Origin: Alphaproteobacteria bacterium
GTDB taxonomy: Bacteria; Pseudomonadota; Alphaproteobacteria; UBA6615
NCBI GenBank assembly: GCA_039980135.1
Contig: JBDXCV010000014.1
Location: 1,013 to 65,012, forward strand
Length of the DNA stretch: 64,000 nucleotides
Direction of reading: 5' to 3'
Numbering within the stretch: position 1 is the stretch's first letter; each line of letters starts with the position of its first letter. The notes beneath the pieces are model-generated. The model was not told the DNA's origin. It saw nothing but the letters and a program-made list of their open reading frames with translations, and made no database searches. Position numbers and translations under genes: made by a program. Positions 53,123 to 62,800 of the stretch are shown piece after piece.

Positions 53123-53830
53123 ATGGCCTATGAACTCTATTACTGGCCGACGATCCAGGGGCGCGGTGAATTCGTCCGCCTGCTGCTCGAAGACATCGGC
53201 GCGGATTATGTCGACGTGATCCGCAAGCCCGATACCGAAGGCGGTGGACGCGACGCTCTGCTCGCGCTTCTGTCGGAAACGGGGCATTTTTCACCGCCAA
53301 TTCTGAAGAACGGCGACACCGTTGTCTCACAGACGCCGCTTATCATGGACTATCTCGGCGCAAAACACGGGTTCGCCCCCGAGGATGAAGCCGGCAGGCG
53401 CGAGGCATTGCGCCTGTCGATGCTTCTGGCGGATTTTCTTGTCGAGGCCCACGATGTGCACCATCCGCTGGCCAAGGAGTTCTACTACGAGGACCAACGC
53501 GACGAGGCCCTGCGCCGCGCGCCCAGCTTCCGCGACGTGCGCATCCCCAAATTCTATGGCTATTTCGAGCGAACCATTGCCGCGAACGGTGGCCAGCTGG
53601 TGGCGGGCGGCCTGTCGCACGCGGATTTCTCGCTGTTCCAGATCGTCGAGGGCATGCGCTACGCCTTCCCGAAGGCGTCAGCCCGGCTGGAGCCGGGCTA
53701 TCCGGGCCTGGTCGCCCTGCACGCAGAGATCGCCGACCGGCGCAACATCAAGGCCTATGCGGCGTCGGGCCGACGCATCCCGTTCAACGAACACGGCATC
53801 TTTCGCCACTATCCCGAGTTGGATGCCTGA
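53123..53830 (+). CDS. Glutathione S-transferase
   Basis: 235 aa from the ATG at 53123 (MAYELYYWPTIQGRGEFVRLLLED). The first 239 codons of the 474-aa track ORF are antisense to the ligase gene. Confidence 0.8.
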   Translation: MAYELYYWPTIQGRGEFVRLLLEDIGADYVDVIRKPDTEGGGRDALLALLSETGHFSPPILKNGDTVVSQTPLIMDYLGAKHGFAPEDEAGRREALRLSMLLADFLVEAHDVHHPLAKEFYYEDQRDEALRRAPSFRDVRIPKFYGYFERTIAANGGQLVAGGLSHADFSLFQIVEGMRYAFPKASARLEPGYPGLVALHAEIADRRNIKAYAASGRRIPFNEHGIFRHYPELDA

Positions 53831-53849
53831 TTCCCGTCTTGCAGCCCGC

Positions 53850-56800
53850 CTAGAAGAGGAAGTCGTCGTCGTGGAGGTCGGCCTTCTGGACCCCGATTAG
53901 GGTGACGCTGTCGTCCGTGTCCAGGTCGATCACCGTGTCCACACCGCTGTCATTCGTCGATGCCAGCAGATCTGCGAGATCCGTGAAGCCAAATTCCGAA
54001 ACATCCAACCGATCGTCTGAACCCGCACCCGCCGTGAAATCGGTAACCGTATCGTCCCCGTCACCATTGTCGAACTGGAACAAATCGTCGCCGCCGCCAC
54101 CCGATATGGTGTCATCGAGGCTGCTGCCCTGCAGGACTTCATCCGCCGCCGTTCCGATCAGCGGATCTCCATCGGCCAGGATCGAGATGTTCACCGTCCC
54201 CGTGTCGAAGCCGCTGTTTCCGTCCGTAATCGTGTAGGTGAAGCTGTCCGTGCCCGTGAAGCCGGCCGTCGGAATGTAGAAATAGGTTTCATCCGCCCCG
54301 TTGAAGCCCAGGAAGCCATTCACCGGATTGGTCGACGCAATCGGTGACAGCGGGTCGTCGTTCGGATCCGTATCGTTGGCCGTAAGGTCCATGAACACGT
54401 TGACCGTGCTGGAGATGACGTAGTTATCAGTCACGGCCACCGGCGGTGCCGGCGGAGAGACGACATTGATATCGATAGTCGCCGTGCCGCCGCTCGCCAG
54501 GTCGTCGTCAAGCAGTTCGACAATGAACGAATCATCCGCAGCCGTCGCACCGGCATGATCGTAGGCAATATCACCGCTTAGAATGTCCGCCAGCGTGAAG
54601 CTCTGACCGTTCGACAGCGCCACGCCGCCGTTGGTCAAGCTGCCGCCCGCGGGTGCGCCATTCAGGACAAACGTCACGTCCACATCTGCATCGTCGGGAT
54701 CGAAGGCGCTCAGGTCCAGCGTGCTCAACACGACGAGTCCGCTCTGGTTGACGGTGACCTGGTGATCGCCGCCAAACACCGGCGCGTCATTGACCGGGTT
54801 CACGGTGATGTTCACCGTGGCCGTGTCCTGACCGCCCACATCGTCGACAATCGTGTATTCGAAGCTGTCCGTGCCCGCGAAGTCCAGGTTCGCCGTGTAG
54901 GTGTACTCGTTGGTACCCGCGTCGAACGTCAGGAAGCCATGCAGCGGGTTTGTCGAGGCAATCGGCGTGAGCGGACGGCCTTCCGGATGGCTGTCGTTCG
55001 CGAGCACATCGATAACGATGGTTTCTTCCTCATCGATAACGATCGTATCGTCCTCGGCGTCAGGACCGTCGGTCGCGCCGACGATGGCGCCGCTGACCGT
55101 CGCGGTGTCGAACCCGCCGTTGCCGTCCGTGATCGTGTAGGTGATCGAATCGACGACGAATTCGCCGTCCTCCAGCGACTGCAGGGCCGCCGCACCGGTC
55201 GGGTCGTAGGTGATCGTGCCATCGCCGTTGAGCGTGATCGCCGCGCCGAATGCGCTGGTCGCCGAGACCGACGTGACCGTCAGGGTGTCACCTTCGATAT
55301 CGAAGTCGTTGGCCAGCAGGTCCGCGGTATCGACGATCGAAATCTCGTCCTCGTCGGAAAGGATGTCGTCGCCAACCTCGACGATGTAGCCCATGCTGGC
55401 ATTGCCCGGCGCATCGTTCCACAAGCCCGTGTCTGCGGCGATCATCAGCCAGTCTTCGTTGCCGCCTGCGCCGTTGTTCGGCTCCCCCGGGCCCCAGTTC
55501 TCATACGCACCGGTTGGACTGCCATTCCAGAAAACTGTCCCGGCTTCCGCACCTACGGACCACTGCCAGGTGCCCTCGCTGGCGATATCATCGCCGCCGA
55601 TCCAGGCGATTTCTCCCGCCCCGATCAGGCCCTGGATAAAGTCGTTCTCCTCCTGGGAAGTAATGGTCGCCAGATGGCCACCCTCATCGAACGCGGCGAA
55701 CGCCGCATCGGTCCAGAACAGCTCCGCGTCGGTCCATTTGTACCAGTGGCCGTTGTCCGGGTTGTAGGTGAAACCGGCCAGGTCGGAGAACGCGTCATCG
55801 ACCGCGACAGGCGCATCGTTGACCGGCGTGATGCCAATATTGATCGTCGCTGTGCCACCCGATGAAGGCTCGTCGTCCGAGACCTGGACCGTGAAGCTGT
55901 CCGACGATGCCTCGCCGCCGTCATGAGTGTAGGACACGGTCCCCGCGATGATGTCCGCCAGCGTAAAGCTACTCGCAGACAGCACACCGTTCGACGGGCT
56001 GCCCGTCACCGTGAAGGTCACCGCGCTGTCAGCATCGTCCGGGTCGAACGCCCCGAGATCCGCCGTCGTCAGAACCGTCGGCGTCATGTCCTCCGACGCC
56101 GTGATCGTGTGATCGCCCGTGATCGCCGGCGCATCGTTCACATTCGTGATGCCGATATTGATCGTCGCCGTGCCGCCCGTCGCCGGGTCGTCGTCCGAGA
56201 CCTGGACCGTGAAGCTGTCCGAAGATGTCTCACCACCGTCATGGGTGTAGGTCACGGTCCCCGCGATGATGTCCGCCAGCGTAAAGCTGCTCGCGGACAG
56301 CGCACCGTTCGCCGGGCTGCCCGTCACCGTGAACGTGACCGCGTTGTCCACGTCGTCCGGATCGAACGCCCCCAGATCCGCCGTCGTCAGGACCGTCGGC
56401 GTCATGTCCTCCGACGCCGTGATCGTGTGATCGCCCGTGATCACCGGCGCCTCGTTCACGTCGACCAGCGCTGCAATGACAAGCGTCGGCGGCGGGAAGA
56501 ACTCCCCGTCAGAGACGCGCACGGAAATGCCCTCCGCGGGGAAGGTCTCGAAGTCGAGCAGCGTGTTGTCGACGACTGTGATCACACCGGTAGCTGGATC
56601 AATCTCGTACGATCCGTTGTCGTTACCCCCCACGATCGAATAGATCAGCGTGTCACCATCGACATCAGATCCGACGACCTGTCCGAGGACGGTGCCGACA
56701 GGGCTGTTCTCGTCGATCAGAAAGGTAAGCTCGGTCGGCGCGTCGGGAATGTCATTGACCGGAGCGACCGTGATCGTCGCCGTCGCCGTATCGATCCCCC

Positions 56801-59800
56801 CGTTGCCGTCATTCACCTGATAGGTGAAGCCGTCCGACCCGTTGAAATCGAGGCCCGGTTGATAGTCGAAACTGCCATCGCGATTCAGCGTGAGACTGCC
56901 ATTCGACACATCGCCGACAAGCGAGACGGTCAGGCTGTCGCCGTCGATGTCGCTGTCTGCGCCATTGCCGTTGTCGGCGAGCACATTTCCTGACAGGAAG
57001 TCGTCCTCGTCCATCGCAAACGCATCATCTGCGGCGACCGGCGCGTCATTGACCGGATTGACGGTGAGGGTCGCCGTCGCGGTGTCGGCCCCACCGTTTC
57101 CGTCATCGATCTGGTAGGTGAAGCTGTCCGCACCGTTGAAGTCCGCGTTCGGCGTGTAGTCGAAGGTTCCGTCACCGTTCAGCACCAGCGTGCCGTTCGA
57201 GACGCCCGAGACCAGAGACACGGTGAGAACGTCACCATTGGCATCGCTGTCGGCACCATTGCTGTTATCCGCCAGAACGTCGCCGGAAATGACCGTATCC
57301 TCGTCGCCGGAAATCGCGTCGTCGACCGCGACCGGCGCGACATTCGGTGCGTTGACCGTGATCGTCGCCGTGGACGTATCCGTCCCGCCATTGCCGTCAG
57401 AGATTTCGTAGACAAACGAGTCGGTCCCGCTGAAGCCGGCATCCGGCGTGTACTTGAAACTTCCATTTGGATGGAGGTCCAGCTGTCCGTTGGACACGTC
57501 GCTGATCAGCGAAACCGTCAGGATGTCGCTCGCATCCACGTCGCTGTCCGCACCATTGCCGTTGTCCGCCAGGACATCGCCGGACACGATCGTGTCCGCG
57601 TCTGTCACGATCGAATCGTCGACCGCGTCGGGCACGTCGTTGGCCCCGGCCACCTCGATCGTCACGGTCGCGCTGTCGGTGCCGCCGTTGCCGTCGGAGA
57701 TCGTGTAGGTGAACGTATCGAAGAGCGGTTCCCCCTCGGCCAGCGCCTGAACGCCGGCGGCGGCCGTGGGATCGTAGGTGATGTTCCCGCTGACGGGATC
57801 GAGCGTCACGGTCGCGCCGTTCGCGGACAGAGCCGTCAGGACCCCGTCGGAATCGAGCCCGGAAATACTGAGCGTGTCGCCCTCGATATCCAGGTCATTC
57901 GCCAGGAGGTCATCCCCGGCGATCACGAACGGCGCGTCCTCGCGCGCAACACGCGGTTCGCCATGCAGGTCGAAATCGCCGATGCCGAAAGCCCGTGCCG
58001 CGCCGACATCCAGAGTCTGGCGCGCACCGAAGGTGCCGTCGCCGTTTCCATCCCAGAGGAAGGCTCCCGACACGCCGGCCTGAACAATGTCGAGCACGCC
58101 ATCATCGTTCATATCGACAAATCGGATTTCATGTACGCCGTTGCCGCTCGAGTCCAGTGCCTGAACCTGAGTGAAACTCCCGTCTCCGTCGGAACGAAGG
58201 ACAATGGAGTTGCCCCCGCCAAGGGTCCGGCCGAACACCACATCGGCATCCCCGTCGCCGTCGATGTCCCCGAGGTCCAGGGACAGGATGCCGCTGCCGT
58301 ATTCGAACGCCGACGAAGGCCCCGTGAACGTCCCGTCGCCGGAATTCAGGAACAGGCGCGCCGTCGCGTTCCCCAGCCCGTTTGTAATGACATTTCCGAC
58401 GAGAAGATCCAGGTCCCCGTCGCCGTCGACATCCCCCAGCGATACATCCCAGGCCTGCGGAAAGGCCCCGAGATTCCAATTAGAGATTTCGGCAAAATTC
58501 CCATCGCCGTCGCCCGCGAAAACAGTCCCTCGCGCCATGGTCGAAACGACAAGATCGTCGATGCCGTCGCCGTTGACGTCTGCAACTTCGATGTCGCGGC
58601 TCTCAAGCAGGCCCAGGCTTTGATGCGCCGTGAACACACCGCTGCCGTCGTTCAGCAGAACTTCATTCGATTCAAGAAATTCGCTTCCGACGACGAGGTC
58701 GATGTCCCCGTCGCCGTCGAAGTCACCCGTGGCGCTGGCCAACAGGCCTCCACTGATCTGCTGTCCCAATACGAAACCGCCGTCGCCGTCGTTGAGCAGA
58801 ACCTGCGACGTGCCGTCTTCGGCGGCGATGAAGGCGTCCTCGTCGCCGTCCCCGTCGAAATCCGCGATGGAGACATCCCAGGACTCGTTCCCGCGTGTGT
58901 TCTCGGTAACCCTGGTGAATGTCCCGTCCTGATTCTGGAACAACACCTTCGTGAGTTCACTGTCCCACTGCGGGACAAAGACATCGAGGGTCGGTTCGAG
59001 ACGCAGGATCGCGTCATCGATCGACACCGGGGCATCATTCACCCCCTCAACCTCGATGTCATGCAGCCCCGTACCCGTCGTTCCGTCGGGGTCCGTCGCC
59101 GTGACCGTCAGGGTGTCGGTGCCGAAGAAATCCTGGTTTCCCAGATAGTCGAGGTGGGTCAGGGCCGCGTTGATGTTTACGGTCTCGCCAAAGAGGGTCA
59201 GCGTGCCGTCACTGCCGTCACCGTCCACAACCGTGAGCCCGGCCGTGGCCCCAAGTACGAGTTCACCGGTGTTGACTGTCAGGGTGACCGTCGATTTCGA
59301 GCTGTCGGCATCCGATATCGTAATGTCCGACAACGCACCCGGCTGATCCTCGACCACGTTCGAGGTTTCCGCCGAGAATGACACGACCGGGGCTTCGTTG
59401 GCGCCCTGCACGACGACGGTGACGATGGCCGTGTCGGTGGCGCCGTTGCCGTCCGAGACGGTGTAGGTAAAGCCGTCGTTGATCGTCTCGCCTTCGACCA
59501 ATGCCTGAATCGCCGCCGCCGACGTGGGATCGTACGAAATCTCGCCGGTCACCGCGTCGAAGGACACGACGGCGCCCAGGGCGCTCACGCCATCGACGGC
59601 CGTGACCTCGAGCGAGTCGCCATCGGCATCGCTGTCCACGCCGTTGCCGTTGTCGGCGAGCACGTCGAAGGAGCTGACCGTGTCCTCGTCACCCGAGACC
59701 GAATCGTCCTGCGCGACCGGCGCGTCATTGATGTTGTCGACCGTCATCGTGGCCGTCGCCGTATCCGTGCCGCCGTTCCCGTCCGAGACCTCGTAGATGA

Positions 59801-62800
59801 AACTGTCCGTCCCGAAGAAGTCTGCGTCCGGCGTGTAGTCGAAACTGCCATCCAGGTTCAATACCAGCGTGCCGTTCGACACATCGCTCGTCAGCGAGAC
59901 GGTCAGGGTATCGCCATCGAGATCGCTATCGGCACCGTTGCCATTGTCGGCCAGCACGTTGCCGGAAATCACCGTATCTTCATCGCCGGAGAACGCGTCA
60001 TTCTGCGCGGTCGGCGCATCGTTCACCGGGTTGACCGTGATCGTGGCCGTCGCCGTGTCCGTCGCACCATCATTGTCGGTGAGTTCGTAGGTGAAACTGT
60101 CTATGCCGTTGAAGTTCGCGACGGGCGTGTAGGTGAAGTCGCCGTTCACGGCAATTTCGACGGAGCCGCCCGACGTCGTCGGGAACGTTCCTGCTTCCGT
60201 CCGCAGGCTGAAATTGTCGACATCGAAATCCTCGCCATTGCCGTTGTCCGCGAAGAGATTGCCGGTGACCGCCGTATCCTCGTCCCCGACAAAACCATCA
60301 TCGAATGCCACCGGCGCGTCGTTGACCGGATTGAGGGTGATGGTTGCCGTCGCGCTGTCGGCGCCGCCGCTGCTGTCGGAAATCTCGTAGGTGAAGGAGT
60401 CCGTGCCGTCGAAGTCCGGATCCGGCGTATAATCGAAAGTGCCGTCGCCGTTCAGCACCAGCGTGCCGTTCGACACATCACCCAGCAATGACACGGTCAG
60501 CGTGCCCGCATTCACGGTGCTGTCCGCCCCGTTGCCATTGTCGGCCAGGACATCACCCGAAATCACGGTATCCTCGTCACCCGAGACGGCATCGTCCTGC
60601 GCGTCCGGGTCGGTGTTGCCGTCAATTGTGACGGTTACCGTCTGCGAGTCCAATGCGCCATGCACGTCGGTAACCACGACCGTGAACACCTCGTCAACAG
60701 TCTCGCCCGTGTCGAGGTCTGCCAGCGCGGGGATCGAATTGTCGAGCGAGTAGGTCCACTGGCCAGAGGCATCGACGGAAAGCGCCCCGTAGACACCCGC
60801 GCCGCCGCCATCGACCGACCAACTGAGGACCGCGCCATTGTCGACATCCGCGCCAGTGAGTTGACCGGTCACCGTATTGCTCGCGTCGTCCTCAACGACC
60901 GTGGCGGAGTCGTTGCCGGCCGTGAACGTGATTTCAGGTGCGTCGTTGGTCCCGGTGACGGTTACGGTCACAAGCCGAGAGTCGATTGGACCGAACTCGT
61001 CCGCGACAACGACGGTAAACACTTCGTCATGGGCCTCGCCCTCGGCAAGCGCCTGAACATTCGCATCGCCGTTGCGCAGATCGTAGGTCCAGGTGCCATT
61101 GGCATCGACCGACAGATCGCCATAGGTGCCCGCACCACCGCCATCAACGGTCCAGATCGCCGTTTCGGCGTCGTCCGGGTCCGCCGTATCCATGTCACCG
61201 GATGTGCCGAGAGCCACGTCTTCCTGAACGTCCCCCGAAACAACATCTGCCCCTGACACCTCGACCGTCACGGTCGCGTTGTCGGTGCCGCCGTTGCCGT
61301 CGGAGATCGTGTAGGTGAAGGTATCGAAGAGCGTTTCCCTGTCGGCCAGTGCCTGGACGCCGGCGGCGGCCGTGGGATCGTAGGTGATGTTCCCGCTGAC
61401 GGGATCGAGCGTCACGGCCGCGCCGTTCGCGGACGTGGCCGTCAGCGCCCCGTCGGAATCGAGCCCGGAAATACTGAGCGTGTCACCCTCGATATCCAGG
61501 TCATTCGCCAGGAGGTCATCCCCCGCGATCACCAGGGGTTCATCCTCGTTCGGAATGAAGGAAATCCCGTGGGTATCGAAATCGCCGATGCCGACAGACC
61601 TTGCCTCGCCGGCATCCAGGGTCTGGCGCGCGCCGAAGGTGCCGTCGCCGTTGCCGTCCCACAGGTACGTTCCCGATACGCCGGCCTGAACAATGTCGAG
61701 CACGCCATCATCGTTCATATCGACAAGCCGGGTTTCATGAACGCCGTCGCCGCTTCCGGCCAATGCCTGGATTTCCGTGAAATTGCCGTTCCCGTTGGAC
61801 CGAAGAACGATCGAGTCCCCGTCTCCAGAGGTCCGGCCAATCACCACGTCGGCATCGCCGTCACCGTCGATGTCGCCGAGATCGAGAGACAGGATGCCGC
61901 CGTCGTATGTGAACGCCGGCGAAGGACCCGACAACGTTCCGTCGCCGTTATTGAGGAACAGGCGCGCCGTCGCGGTCCCGGATATGTTCGTCACGACATT
62001 GCCCGCGACAAGGTCCAGATCGCCGTCGCCGTCCACGTCCCCCAGCGATATGTCCCAGGCCTGGGGATTGGATCCGAGATCCCAGCCCGAGATTTCAGCA
62101 AAATTGCCGGCGCCATCCCCGGCAAAGACCTGGCCCCGCGTCAGGGTCGACACAAGAATATCGTCGATACCGTCGCCGTTCATGTCCGCGACTTCAATGT
62201 CGCGGCTCGGCAGGGAATTCAGGGTTTGATGTGCCGTGAACACACCATTGCCGTCGTTCAGCAGGACCTCGTTCGATTCACCTGAATCACTTCCGACGAC
62301 GAGATCGATGTCGCCGTCGCCGTCGAAGTCGCCCGTGGCACTGGCAAACAAGGTGCCACCAATCTCCTGTCCCAACACGAAACCGCCGTCGCCGTCGTTG
62401 AGGAGAACCTGCGACGTGCCGTCTTCGGCAGCAATGAAGGCATCCTCGTCACCATCGCCGTCAAAATCCGCGATGGAGACATCCCGGGACTCGTTCGCGC
62501 GCGTGTTCTCGGTAACCCTTAAGAATGTCCCGTCCTGGTTCTGGAACGAGACCTTCGTGGTATCGCTGCCCCACTGCGGGCTGAAAACATCGAGCGTCGA
62601 ATCGATGCGCAGGATCGCGTCATCAAATGCCACCGGTGCGAAATTGTCCGTGTTGCCGTCGATCGTGACGGAAACGGTCTGGGTATCCATCGCGCCGTGC
62701 TCATCGGTGACCGTGACATCGAACGTCTCGGTCGCCGTCTCGCCCGTGTCCAGGTCTTCAAGATCATGAGTAGAATTGTCCAGCGTGTAGGTCCATTGGC

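Noticed and set aside
57471-59381. 636-aa plus-strand ORF inside the giant adhesin gene (also 54762..55865, 55923..56993, 60660..61256, 61569..62285, 63129..63701)
   Set aside because: All are antisense to a 10-kb continuous minus-strand ORF with clear repeat-domain structure, and their sequences are Arg/Asp/Val-rich noise.
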